Positions 28,271 to 42,234 of a stretch of DNA of 64,000 nucleotides are shown piece by piece. Positions within the stretch are counted from its first letter, which is position 1; each line of letters opens with the position of its first letter. This DNA is from Tubiluchus corallicola. Lineage: Eukaryota > Animalia > Priapulida. The translations under genes and the position numbers were made by a program. The notes under the pieces were generated by a model. That model did not search any database and had not been told where the DNA came from. It saw only the letters and a program-made list of their open reading frames with translations. Location: positions 5,725 through 69,724 of the forward strand of contig JAQGDQ010001021.1 of assembly GCA_030141605.1 (NCBI GenBank). Reading direction: 5' to 3'.

Positions 28271-28667
28271 GACAACCAACTAACATTCTCCATATCACAG
28301 CCACAACTTATCTAATCTGCATTCTATCGCCGTCCATAAATCAACTTAATGGCAGGGCATTATACCCGGGCTATAACTTTACCTCCACTGCACACAGCGC
28401 GTAAAGCCCCCTCTAATGCCGAAAAGTTGTAAACTAATTTACTAGCGCGGAGGAAAAACTGCCGCACAAATTCGACGCAGATGTGGGAAGACATGGACAC
28501 CGGCAGTTTACGAGGAGAGAAATAAAAGAGGGGTTACGTGTACAACCTGGTCATAAAAGAGGAGAACAATGGCTGACAGACGTGCATGTTGACTTTAATG
28601 AAAGGGTTTGTATTACATGTGACTATCTGCCAGAGCACACACATGAGAGCGATATGACAGTACGGGC

Positions 28668-29332
28668 TTTAGTTAGAGCTAGTGAGTTTAAACATAAGGT
28701 ACTATAGGATTGGATCAGACAGTTTAAAAACATGATATGGGATCGTCACCACAACAAACTACATACACTATTTACGAAAACTTTAACAGTAAGAATTGAC
28801 TATACGTACACAAGCTGACAAATTTCACCACAAGACTACTTGAATATTAGCAACCTTTACAGTAAAAATTGACTATACGTACACACAGCGTATACATGAC
28901 TTTAAATTTCGTACTAAGCGCTTCCAGTAGCTTCTAGCTGTTGAGATGCATCAGCCTTAAATATTCGTACATTAATATTGTTTAACTGCCATTAGTTACT
29001 AATATCTAATCTAATCTTGTTTTGTCAGCTTGTGTACGTATAGTCAATTTTTACTGTAAAGGTTGCTAATATTCAAGTGATCTTGTAGTAAAACTTGTCA
29101 GCTTGTGCAGGTATAGTCAATTTTTACTGTAAAGGTTGCTAGTATTCAAGTGATCTTGTAGTAAAACTTGTCAGCTTGTGTAGGTATAGTCAATTCTTAC
29201 TGTAAATGTTACTAATATCTAATGTAATCGTGTGGTGAAACTTGTCAGCTTGTGTAGTTATAGTCTATTCTTACTGTAAATGTTACTAATATCTAATGTA
29301 ATCTTGTGGTGAAACTTGTCAGCTTGTGTACG
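28668..29332. mobile_element. LINE 3' fragment with a 5' inversion (same family as 268-1115)
   Basis: 28668-28887 is the reverse complement of the LINE 3' terminus; 28888-29332 is the ORF2 stop region and 74-bp repeats in forward orientation. Confidence 0.8.
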
Positions 29333-30408
29333 TGAAACAATCGAATGCAACAGCAACAGCAGCAACTAAAACTCTGAAATGCGTCTCTTTGTGAGCCTAG
29401 CTGTTATGATCAACGAGTTCCACTTCGCCCAATCGAACTACTCCTCAGTGCCCTTGGGCTACAGACGCAGGTCTGGGAAAGTTGCGATTAGGACCTCCAC
29501 AACATAAGCGCCGGGGAAAAATGAGGACTCGGAATTAAACCCTCTCCATCACTACAAGGAAGTGCCCATTATACACGAAGATTGGAATTTATTCTCCTAG
29601 GAAGAAAAAGGCTGTAAAAAAGCCTCGTGGCGACGACAAGATGAAAGGATGTCGCCACATTCTCCACGACACCTTGACAAGTCTAATCCCTCCTCAATGC
29701 TCTCATCGAAATGTTACAAAACCACTGACAATGCAGCTTCCTCCTCGGCTTGAAAAGAGTTTATTACAAGTTGGGGAGGCCGGCTGAATGGCGGAGCTGG
29801 CTCTCCGCTGATCCTCGGCAATATATCCGAGGTAAACGCCAAGCTACGAGGGGATTAAGACGCCACAAAGACGGGATTGTGGGCCAGATTTGTGTGGACA
29901 TTGTGCGGCACTAATCCCGTATTTAATGGAATCACGGCAAACGTCGCCATTCAGTGAAGAAAGTCGATGAACAGAAACTTTAATTTCCTATAAGCACGAA
30001 TAAAGACAGTCCAGTGTCCAATATCCTACTTTGAAAAGGCGCATTTTTACATGTCAGTTTAACGAGCATGATCAAAAGTCCTTTTTTGTAGTGAACTATG
30101 GACTGAACCAAAATATCACAACTCTTAATCAGTCAGTAAACATATATGTACTTCTCCTAACAGTGGACATTCTAGATGTCAATGAATAACTTATAAAACC
30201 AGTTTTTTCTCTCGAGCCTCTTGCCCATGGAATTCCCTACCAATGAATAACTTATAAAACCAGTTTTTTCTCTCGAGCCTCTTACCTATGGAATTCTCTA
30301 CCAAAAACATCAATAGAAATCAATCAATCCATCACTAGCAAATGAATTCTATTTGGTGCCGGTGGTTTCGGTGATGACAACGACGATGATGATGACGACG
30401 ACGACGAC

Positions 30409-30440
<32 letters not shown>

Positions 30441-30863
30441 CGATGATGATTATGACGATAATGATAATGACGATTAGGATGATTACGATTTAAACTTTAT
30501 AAAAATTCTCAGACAAATTAGCTGCTGGCTAATTCCAAATACCAAAGCACCTATAAAGCATTTAGTAAGCATTTCGCAACACATTGCCAAGCAAAATGGT
30601 ATAGTTAATGAATTGCCAGCAACTACGCGTCTGTCGTCAAGGCAACATTAACGCCATCATTTGTCACTGGACGTGGACAGGGTTAGAATTAGAACTGGAC
30701 AGACAAGGGTGATATATTGGTTTATCTATATATCATTAACAGTCACTAAGTGTAGCCACGATGCCTACATTAACTATTATATGTGTTGGGCAGCTGCTCT
30801 GTGTAGTGGAGATTTTGTCAGCCATGACAGAAAATTTAACTGAGTGCTGGTACATTGAAAAGG

Positions 30864-31315
30864 TTAAAGAAAGACAGGATGATTTTTCATATACTACCTC
30901 ATTTTCGAGTACGGTGAAAAATATACTTTTTAACACCATTGTAAAAGCGATTCTGATAATTAAATAATAGATTAAAATCTTAATTAACAGCGGGCGACCC
31001 CAACTAGTGATGACATCACAAACTAACATGATTTTCAACAGCAAAAATATTCAACGAGCGTGTTGCACGTGTTTACGAAAGCGAAAAGTGAGGTACAGTG
31101 CTACTGTAAGATATTCGGTGTGTTGTAATGAAATTCGGCACTTTTTAAGGTAAAAATTCGAATTTCGAAATTACCGCATGAGCTGTCGAACGTATGCACT
31201 ACGTCACAACTCGACACCTTTGAACTGAGAGGTACAGCACCTGTTTTTTGTGCATAACATTTACGAAATGATAGCATTAGTGTCCGTCTACCTAGCGGAA
31301 AGCGATGCATGTAAC
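30864..31315. mobile_element. Kolobok-like repeat family D copy
   Basis: Starts TTAA-AGAAAGACAGGATGATTTTTCATATACTACC; aligns with 60553-61075 and 51130-51245; terminus resembles that of the element at 52285. Confidence 0.65.
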
Positions 31316-32621
31316 AGCAAACAACAACAACAGCAGCCACAGCCACTGTCACTGCCACTGCCACTGTCAGTACTACTACTACTAATCCAAAATACACTCG
31401 CCTGCCTCTTCCATTACTTAAGAGATTACTTCAACAAATTGCATTACAAGATTATCGCCATTAAATTATGAATCAGTTCGAATACAAAATTAAGCATTGC
31501 AACTATGACAAAACTTTGGCCAATTATGAGCAAAGTTATTTGATGAAAGCCGTTCGCAATTTGCTAGAAAACAAGAAGCCATATCAAAATATAATGGCTT
31601 CGAGAGACCTGAAGCCAGTGTAGTACACTGTTAATACACAAGCTAGCCAGCAAGACGAACTTAATGTTTACAGCAAATTCAATAGAACTAAAATGCCGTA
31701 AACACTAAAACAGCTACTGCAGGGAAAGGCAATAAAACACAAAGTCACGACATAACAGACTGTAACACTGCAATTCATAGATATAATGCAGCAGGTCATA
31801 GACCACAGTTATGTAGTAAAGCTGAATGCAGTTGAATCAATGATATTAAACCATATAGCTTTTATATATTTTGTTCTCTTTCCTAGCATGTTAAAGTAGA
31901 TTAATAAAGATAACGAAAATATTCAATTATGTCACTTATCTAATTGCCGTGCAAACTGAATAACGCATAACTTTCAATCATAATGTAACTTGTCTGCCTA
32001 GATAAATAAAACGCCTCAAAAAGTGTAAACAACAATAATCTCCTAATCACCCACAGATACATCTGATATTTAGATCATTTAAAAGTCACCTATCTAATTA
32101 CTGATAAGGCATCTTGAATAACATTTATATTTGAATAAATGTAATATATAAATATAACATCGTGTTAATATATAAATAGATTTGTCTTCATATACGGTAT
32201 ACACGTACAATTTATTAACTACAGACTCGAAAACACGTCACCTATCTAATAGCCAGTCTCACCAAACAACATACCGCTTTCATCATCAAAATGTAATTCA
32301 TTTGTCAAATGTGAAATTGCATAGTGCCAATTTCTTAACTTATGGCGTGTGTATTTTTACATTCGAACAGTTTTTCTTCAAAAAGCAAGCATCGCACACC
32401 ACAGAGATATTTGCTACATATTCAAAATTCCACATTCACAATCAGTACATCACGCAGAACACGAACGCTTCAGGTATATCTATGGCCGAGTGCTGCAGTG
32501 TAGGTAATAAATGGCTCTCTGGAGGATAGACGCCACAGATATAAATTAGTAATGAAGATAAAATGCTGTAAATACAGCGTGGCGATACAAAAAGCAAATG
32601 TTACTAGACAAACTCCCACAG

Positions 32622-32904
<283 letters not shown>

Positions 32905-33799
32905 ACTATTAATGTTTTAAGTCATTTTGAATCCTATAATGAATATAAAGTTTATTTGCATTTCAGTTCGTTTTGCAAACAGGTAATTCGCAGAACTGTA
33001 GTGGACTGAAGAAGCCTGGAAGACGAGTAAAAATTCCTGCCACCAAAGGCACCATGAAGTGTACGAGTTCAGAGTACCACCAATAAAAAAACATTGTGAC
33101 CCACTGGAGTTAAATGTAAAGTTTTTTCTTCCAAGCGCCACTGTCAGGGGATCAGCAAATGAAAGAAAATCTGAATGCACTGAAAACGTAATTAACAGGT
33201 ATCACCAAGAGGCAGAGGGGTGAAAAGCGAAAAAATAGAAACAGTAACATAAATTTTAACGCTTAGCAGCGTGAGATTTAGTTGAAGAATGTGTGTCGGG
33301 AAAGGATTGGTAGGTATTACCTGTGGGGTTAGAGGTTACTACACCTGGACAGGTAAATAAATGAGATCTGTTCAGCACAGTTTTCGGGATGAATGCACGC
33401 TTTTGTCAGAGGATTAAAGTCAGAAAGAAAAAACCTCAATCCTCAAACTGTCGACTTTTTCACGCGCGCGCCACGTGGCGGATCTATCGCAGGGTGCTCG
33501 TGTTGCTGGATCATCCGCCTCCAACCTGCAGAGGACGTCGCAAGGGTACCGAAAGGGAAACTTTGTTCTCGTCCAATGTTGTAATATGAACAAAATGGGC
33601 AACTTCGAAGTTTGCAGGAACCTTTATCATAAACTATATTGGGAGGAATCCCAAAACTTGCAATGCCACAGGCTATCTTTAAAAACCACAATTAGAACTA
33701 GCAACAACTTCAAAAAGTGGTCAAGTCGAGCACGAAAGCGCAAAATACAAACAATGTCTGCGTCTATGTTCTATTTTCATTAGATATACCAGTCAGTAA

Positions 33800-34297
33800 A
33801 TATGACAGATTTATACAAACAAGTGCGCTAGCTCTTCTACTTGGAAGAGGTTGCAAATCATTTAAATACGGGATAGGTATAACTGATTCAGGTCTGTGTG
33901 TTTGCGGTTTGGGCAGTCAAACCCCAAGAACGTTTAATTTTTCATTGTCCGTTACCATTGGTTAGAAAAGATATAAGAGTGAATCTCGAACGCAGCTTAG
34001 AAAATAATGACATTCCAAACATTTAGAGAAAGAGAGATACTAATGTAATTAAAATGTATATAGATATTGTAAAAGAACTAACCCAAAATGATCGTATAGT
34101 AAATTGATTATACACTGATTATAAATATTGGATATATATTTAGAATAAGTAAATCGTAATGCAAAATTGTCAGCTTGTTTAGTAAGTAATTTATTTAATG
34201 TACATAGTGTAAAGACTTATTTAACATTTTTGTACCTTTGTGCCCTGCAAATAGAGGGCTTGCTGTATAATTTTCAATAAAGATTTTTAATAATAAC
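33800..34297 (+). mobile_element. Degenerate LINE 3' end with a Cys/His knuckle
   Basis: Reads ...LLLGRGCKSFKYGIGITDSGLCVCGLGSQTP, then after a frameshift LIFHCPL, resembling the C-x-CG...T..H...CP C-terminus of LINE ORF2. Ends AATAAA...taataataa. Confidence 0.6.
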
Positions 34298-35143
34298 ATG
34301 TTCAAAACAAAGATCTGGCTCAGAACTTCAATGAAGAATGTATATATATGTGGCTGTTACTGCAAAACGACCACACAAAACTAACGCTCTTTATTCGAAC
34401 CTGTGAAGATCCGATTTTTATGCACACCGCTGCAAACAAGGTCAACGGCACCATTCAAAATGAGGAGCCACATTAAAAAGGCACAGAAACGAACGCAAAT
34501 ATAGAGAAATGGATTTCATATAAGTGACTTGTTGCTGACAGGAGATATCTGCTGATGTCCTTCGTGAATTGAGTGAGGAAAGTAGTATTCGGACATAGAA
34601 TTCCAAAGATAAGAATCCGAATGAAAAACTGGAATCTCAAAGTTTTGCAAGCAGCTGTTGCAACTGTTCTGCAGCCAGGAATGTCCATGTAACACTTTTC
34701 ACGAAGTACAACTTTGTTAAGCTAACAAACGTAAGATTTTTACCATCAAAATTCAACGTTTTGTTAGAAATTTAAAAGTCAACGCGCAAGCTTCACTGTT
34801 CAGATGTCTATTAAACTCAAATCTGAAACCATAGCTCAATCTGACCATATTTACATAAACTCCAAACAGCTGTCCCAGATAAGAGAGTACATGTCAGTCT
34901 GAAGCCACCCACTGGCTTCCCAAGCAACAGCGCTGACAGGATTTCATCACCGTGCTTCGTCACCATCTTGAAGCCATTCCTCCCACGGGGCTCCCGTCTC
35001 CTAATAACTTTCATAAAGAAGGGATTTCGTGGAGAAATCTGCGTGGAAATTGTTGTGATAATGTTCGTCGCTTGTTCGCTGTGTGGAATTGGACGGTAAT
35101 TGCCATATAAGGAAGTGCAGATTTATCGAGGGATGTTGAAACA

Positions 35144-35950
35144 TGACAAGACTAGGTGGGATGTTGGAGTATGACAAGACTAGGTGGGATGTTGGAATAT
35201 GACAATACTAGGTGGGATGTGGGAGTATGACAAGACTAGGTGGGATGTTGGAGTGTGACAAGACTAGGTGGCATATTGGAGTGTGACAATACTAGGTGGG
35301 ATGTTGGAGTGTGACAAGACTAGGTGGCATATTGGAGTGTGACAAGACTAGGTGGGATGTTGGAGTATGACAAGACTAGGTGGGATGTTGGAGTATGACA
35401 ATACTAGGTGGGATGTTGGAGTATGACAAGACTAGGTGGGATGTTGGAGTATGACAATACTAGGTGGGATGTTGGAGTGTGACAAGACTAGGTGGCATAT
35501 TGGAGTGTGACAAGACTAGGTGGGATGTGGGAGTATGACAAGATTAGGTGGGATGTTGGAGTATGACAAGACTTGGTGGGATGTTGGAGTATGACAAGAC
35601 TTGGTGGGATGTTGGAGTATGACAAGACTAGGTGGGATATTGGAGCATGACAAGACTAGGTGGCATGGTGAAGCATGACAAGACTAGGTGGGATGTTGGC
35701 GTATGACAAGACTAGGTGCGATGTTCGAGTGTGACAAGACTAGGTGGGATGTTGGAGTGTGACAAGACTTGGTGGGATGTTGGAGTATGACAAGACTAGG
35801 TGGGCTGTTGGATTATGACAAGACTAGGTGGCATGGTGAAGCATGACAAGTCTAGGTAGCATGTTGAAGCATGACAAGACTAGGTGGTATGTTGGAGTAT
35901 GACAAGACTAGGTGGCATGTTGGCGTATGACAATACTTGGTGGGAAGTTA
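35144..35950. repeat. 28-bp minisatellite (about 29 copies)
   Basis: Unit gacaagactaggtgggatgttggagtat, head-to-tail with no spacers. Confidence 0.97.
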
Positions 35951-37023
35951 GAGTACGACCGTGCTTGGTTTACCAAATGTTGCATGTACGCCGTGTCAGT
36001 TAATCCCAGCGACATTATAGCGTAGTATTTTGCAGTAACAGTTACTAGAAACATGTTTAGAATAGTGAAAATGAAAACTTTTAACATAATTATCATCATC
36101 ATAACATCATCATCATCACATAATCATCAGCATCATCCTCTCATCACCATCATCCACACCAGAATGACATACTATCCCAAGTGTCTTCGCTACTAAACAA
36201 ATTCCATTCACTAAAATAACTTGCCAAGGCAGTGCTCACTATTTTCCAAAGCTGCTTCTACACGAAATTCTCCATTAAGTAAAACCATAAGCAATCACAT
36301 TTTACATACCTCTGTCTGACCTCACCTACATGGTAGATGCTCGACAAGATGGCAAAAGCTGTTTGTTTACCTGTTCTTCAGTAGTTTATCAAGAAAGGAC
36401 TGTTGTGTTATTAACGTTTACTCTTGTGAAAAAATCTATGTAATAAACCGTTCCTTTGAAAATGGCTTCAGTTATCAGCAAAAACAAACCAAGACAGGAT
36501 CATTGAACAGGTAATCACCGAACAGACAAACAGAGACCATTACATCATTATCCCAAAAATAGCCAGAAATGAAAATTCTGTAACCTTTCTGGCTTCCTTC
36601 TGACGGTGTTTTTCCCGAACTGTTGTTGGAGAGATGGAAGATACGTTTGAAGCCCGTGAATATGTTAGTTATCAGTTTCTGACAGGCAGACGTGCATGAG
36701 AAACGTCAATGTTTATTCAGCAAGCGTTACCCAGAGTCAAAGAGTTGCAGGCGAGAATACACAAATGAAATGTTTTGCTAGAGAAACCGATACTAGATGC
36801 TAGTGGGAATCGGAAAGAGTTTTAACGGGGCCTTTTCGTGCGCCAGACACCCAAAAAACAAGTCAGTAACCTCTCTGGGGGGTTGGGTAGAAAATGTTGT
36901 GAGAAAGACAGCTCTAGCGTTCACACTGAGGCAACAAAATGAACTTATTCATTTATTCATTTATTTATTTATAGTTAAAAACAACACAATTTATTAAAAC
37001 TTTCATATTAAAAAGTTAAAATC

Positions 37024-37068
37024 ACGCCAAACGTTTCGACATGCAGCTACTGTCATCATCAATGGTAA
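37024..37068 (-). ncRNA. Minimal type I hammerhead-ribozyme-like motif (degenerate, Penelope-type)
   Basis: Minus strand: cca-UUGAUGA-U-gaca-guagcugca-uguc-GAAA-CG-UU-ugg. It has the core boxes, a 4-bp stem II, a palindromic stem III (AACGUU) and a short stem I (cca/ugg), with a C3-to-U deviation. Confidence 0.5.
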
Positions 37069-37580
37069 ATTTACGAACATACCACCAGTTTATATAGGCA
37101 GAGCCTATTATGCACTAATTAAGTAGTTAACAGAAGCTAAACAGGTAACGAATCAGCAGACCAGTAAAGAAATTGATACGATAACTTATTATGAATTTAC
37201 AAAAGCCAAAAGGTAATGAATAAGCATACCAGTAGAGAAATTGATACGATAACTTATTATGAATTTACAAAAGCCAAATAGGTAATGAATAAGCAGACCA
37301 GTAGAGAAATTGATACGATAACTTATTATGAATTTACAAAAGCCAAATAGGTAACGAATAAGCAGACCAGTAGAGAAATTGATAGAGCAACTTAAGCAAT
37401 AATTAAGTAGTTAACAGAAGCCAAATGGTAAAGAATAGGTTTGACATGACTTTCTCATGTAAAAATTTTAATGAAGCTGTATTGTTTTTAACTATAAATG
37501 TTTCAAGCGCCTGTAATAAAAATTGACTTATTTATTTTTATTTTTTTCACACTCCAATAGTAAAATACAGTCTAAAAACA
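37066..37580. mobile_element. Interspersed repeat family C copy 2
   Basis: Aligns with 14565-15225, including the tandem units and ggtttgacatgacttt.tc.tgtaaaaattttaatgaag. Confidence 0.75.
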
Positions 37581-38754
37581 TATAAAACACGTTGGCAAAA
37601 AACAGACAAATACAAAATTTACAAGAATGTGGTAAAGACACAAAGAGATTACCTAGTGCGGTACCTAGTGCTCCATAAACCTACGCAGCAGTAAATTACT
37701 AATCATCATAGACAGCATCATTCAAGGAACGGACGTTAATCACTAACGGTCACTTAATGCTGACCACTCATTAGTTGGTGGCTAAAATTACAACTGCGGA
37801 CATTCATTACTCAACACTGCGGGCCTAAGAGATCACTCAATAGCAAGGCAATTCAGTGATAGTAAATTAATATTACGCTAGCGTAAAAGCCAGCGAAGAA
37901 GAGTCAACATCAGACCAGAGTACACATTCCGATAGAGCCATCAGACTGCTCAAACATAATCTAGATGGTCATCATCAGATGTCAGTCAATACCGTCAGTC
38001 AACACAGACCAATGTCCAGGCAAAATGACCAGTAAATATCTCCTGCATACATTCCGATATAGAATCTGTTTTCCATCATTGCGTAGGTTATCAATACTTG
38101 TTGCTACGCGGTACACACGATGATATCATCACAGTGCTGGCATTTGGTCAACTCTGGTCAATTTCATCTCAACACTGACCAGTGCTGTAATGTATAATTA
38201 AACGCCAGCCGCGGGGACGGGTCTATTTCCCCCCAGGCACTCGCCCACACATATTTTACGCACATTCTCATGACATAAGCATTTACCATAAATAATCCCA
38301 TTACATCAACACTGTCCATCCTTCGGCCACTGGTCACTCCCAGACGCCGACCGAAATTACGCATTCCAATATGCGCGTGAAATGAGTTAACATGAATTTA
38401 TTCCCCCGGGGATACAACGTAATGAGACGAAGATTAATACAGGGCTGCCGCTGAATTAATATTAACATTTAATGACATATCAGCAGGGTTCCAGACTCCA
38501 CATTTACTCCATTTCTCAACTCCTAAAATAACGGACAACGACGCATTAATCTTCCCTGAAAAATTTCAGTTAGTAACTTAATTTATGCGGAGTTGATGCT
38601 AAACTGATCATCAAAAACGCGTTACGCAAAACTTCGCATTTTTCAATTTTCGTAGAGACGTGACTGCTTGGCACAGCGGGTTTTGCTTTTGCTTGATCTT
38701 TTCAAGTAAATAAACAACTATGGAGACATTTGGTAATCAAACCAAAATAAGTAA

Positions 38755-39000
38755 ACCAATAACCCAAACGAACCAAAAAATACCAAAGATTATCCCATGA
38801 AATAATGACACTACGTTGAAAAAATAGTAAATCAGGACAACAATGTAGGGGCTAAGATGACACCTTGTCGTACTAAACCAATAACGCAAACGAACCAAAA
38901 AATACCAAAAATTATCCCATGAAATAATGACACTAAATTGAAAAAATACTAAATCAGAACAACAATGTAGGGCCTAAGACGACACCTTGCGGTGCATCAA
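38755..39000 (-). mobile_element. Duplicated LINE RT fragment of about 125 bp
   Basis: Minus strand APQGVVLGPTLL motif; tandem duplication aaacgaaccaaaaaataccaaa.attatcccatgaaataatgacact. Confidence 0.55.
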
Positions 39001-39564
39001 TTACCTGAAATGATTCAATTATGAAATACTTTCTACCGCAGCTGTTAATATAATATAAGTGTTTTTCTCACTTCGGGATGATAATACATCCCCCCGATCA
39101 TGGCGCTAACGAAAATTTCTAAAAAATAGATCGCGCATGCCATGGTCAAAGATGAGGCATCACGATCATAACGGTTTAACTAATCGTCAAAAGGCTTTCA
39201 TACAGGTTAAACCAATTCTCCTCAATTCGTATGTCCTTGATCATGACGTACGTGTGACTGATTCTCTGCCTATTTGTGCCCCCTGATGGCATTTGCGTGT
39301 TTGTTAATGCTGCTAAGACAACAGGAACGGGACGAAATTACAAGTGTACAAAAGACATTAGCAAGTGCAGGCAATAACCCCCAACGTGTGTAATTAGATT
39401 TTCCCGTCCCCTGCACAAACACACGATGCACAGGAAAATGAAATGACGGGCTCTGAATTCCTCTGGGATACACTTGCCACAGGATTTGCTCTGTTTTGTA
39501 ACAACTGGTAGAATAGGGATTTCACGATTCTCACTTAATGTTGTATGAGTATCAAATGTTACAC

Positions 39565-39980
39565 TTTGCTGACAAAATGAGGCATCCTATAATACTTTAA
39601 CATGCAAAATAGACGCCTTTCGGATCGACGAGAACAGCTGAGTGGTGACTTTTTATATTTAGCGACCAAAGTTAAGCAATAGTAAGCCCAGTCAGTGAAT
39701 GGATGGGTAATTACCGGGAAAACTATCACTTTGTTAAGGGGAGAGCATATGCATATTCGAAACGTGGCAGATCCAGTACTTCTGGTGATCCAGTGCTGAC
39801 AAAATGAGGCATCCTATAATACTTTAACATGCAAAATAGACGCCTTTCGGATCGACGAGAACAGCTGAGTGGTGACTTTTCATGTATAACGACAAAGTTA
39901 AGCAATACTAAACCCAGTCAGTGAACGGATGGGTAATTATCGGGAAAACTATCACATTGTTAAGGGGAGAGAGTATGCCT
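39565..39980 (+). repeat. Tandem duplication (about 228-bp period) containing a 5S rRNA-like segment
   Basis: aagttaagcaatagtaagcccagtcagtgaatggatgggtaattaccgggaaaact resembles the 5S internal control region (AGTTAAGCAA...GCCCGGTTAGTACTTGGATGGGTGACC...GGGAA). Present twice; the 5S 5' end is absent. Confidence 0.6.
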
Positions 39981-40341
39981 CAATGATCCACTGTGTCCTT
40001 GATATTTCACATTCCACCTTTTATTTATTAGTGTCAAAAATACAGACAATACAAGAAAAAAACAAGACACAAATACAATTTCAATTTTGAACATCGTGAC
40101 ACTGCAGACAAACAAAAAATTACTGATAAAACAAATATTATTAAACCTTTGCGTTAGTTAATTAAATGAAAAGTTCAATGATTGGTATTAAAAATAAATT
40201 GTCATTGATCAGGCCTAATTTTGAATGTTATGATAATGAACGAGGTCCCAGTCCAGCCACAACCATCTATATTCTACATTTTCAGTTGGCTTGAAGAGTG
40301 CCAAAATCAGCACAAAAAGGACAAGGGTAAAAAACAGTAAA

Positions 40342-40342
40342 A

Positions 40343-40401
<59 letters not shown>

Positions 40402-40891
40402 TATTACTATTACTACAACTACTGCTACTGCTACTGCTACTGCTACTGCCACTACCACTGCCACTACCACTACCACTACTACTACCACTACCACTACCAC
40501 TACCACTACCACTACCATTACCACTACCACTACCAGTACTACTACCACTACTACTACTACTACCACTACCACTACCACTACCACTACCACTACCACTACT
40601 ACCACTACCACTACCACCACCACCACTACCAGTACTATACTACTACTACTACACCACTACCACTACACTACCACTACCACTACACACTTTTTTTTTTTCA
40701 CTACCACTACACTACCACTACCACTACCACTACCACTACCACTACCACTACCACTACCATTTTCTACACACACTACTACCCACTACCACCCACTACCACT
40801 ACCACTACTACCACTACCACTACCACTACCACTACCACTACCACTACCACTACCACTACCACTACCACTACCACTACCACTACCACTACCA

Positions 40892-40942
<51 letters not shown>

Positions 40943-40960
40943 TTATTATTATTATTATTA
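40342..40960. repeat. Compound (TAT)n/(TAC)n/(TACCAC)n microsatellite
   Basis: Direct inspection. Confidence 0.97.
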
Positions 40961-41632
40961 TGTATTTTGTAGAGCAAGCAATCAGCTAATTTACAAGTGG
41001 ACAACAAAGTGACTGAACGCCTACAACAATCAGTCAATTCTACTAAGCATTTTAATTAAAATTACATCATCAATTACACCTGGTTAAAACCTCTATATAA
41101 CACACAACCTCTAGTCTACGTTTGAAATTTTATCCCAATCTCCGCAGGGAACTGTTTCCAATTTCTAAATTGAAACCTCAGCAGCAACGCAATTATTTTA
41201 CTCGGTGCAGTTATAAATCTGACTAATTAGAGATCTCAGAGGCTCAGGTGACCGTAAATATACCTTATCAGTTCCAGAGAATGACAATTTATTCCTCTCC
41301 TCCCAGGCTTCCTTCCCATAAACAACGCCAGTCCAATTTAACACAGTTTAAACTTGCGTCAATAAAACGTTATTGAATTGATAACGGCCTGTTGAGCGCT
41401 TAATTCGACCGATTTCTGAAAATGCGCCATATTAGGCAATAATCTTTTACAGCTCTGGATAATATTCCAATAAAGCAGCAACAAGCGTATAGACTGCCGT
41501 TTGCAAAACTTTTGAGTGGGTTGGTGATAGCGCCTAGGATTGTTGCGAAATAGATCGAGCATAAAACAAGCAAAAGTGGGACAAACGTCTCCAATTTTTA
41601 TAGATGTCTATATTCTCTACAACTGTAGAAGA

Positions 41633-42054
41633 CAGGGATGAGAATGACCGTGTAGGCCATAAATAAGCTCAAAGTGGACAAAATATCAGTTACCTTGTTT
41701 GGTGCATAATTTAAAATACCCAACTATCAAGGACACATGATACCTAAAAATGTCTAAAAAACGCCTAAGTACTGGCCGCTCCTATGCAAAAGTATATAAA
41801 AACTGTCGGCAATTGACTCAAATAACTCCGCACAATTGATTCTATATTTTTATACATAGAGATATACACGTGGTTACACCGATGTACGTGATGTAAACAA
41901 AGTGACGGCCTGCCAACTAGTGGTCAACGTGCGAAATAATGTACTGGGTCCGTAAAAACTTTCTCAACGAATTTGCACGATTTACAAAAATGGCACTACT
42001 GGTCTTCCTAGTATCCACGGAATTCCGCGTATCCACGGAAAATTCTCATCCCTG
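41633..42054. mobile_element. hAT-like MITE, family A copy 2
   Basis: CAGGGATGAGAAT...ATTCTCATCCCTG, a perfect 13-bp TIR; interior matches about 1800-2150. Confidence 0.85.
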
Positions 42055-42234
42055 AAAAGACCATTGGCGGCTACGAGTTTGAACTAGTGAAAGAAATGCC
42101 TTAGATTAGAAGTGAAGCTACTGAAGCATTGTCGGAAAATCCGTTTTAAACGAAGCCTGGCTTCTTTGGTGGCCTTACAATATTATTTAGATCGTATGCT
42201 TCGTTCAGGCATGTGTAACCATGCATTTAGTTAA

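Noticed and set aside
35144-35950. CRISPR-like appearance of the 28-bp array (also the 24-, 56-, 61- and 74-bp arrays)
   Set aside because: Units are head-to-tail with no unique spacers, there are no cas genes, and the context is eukaryotic.
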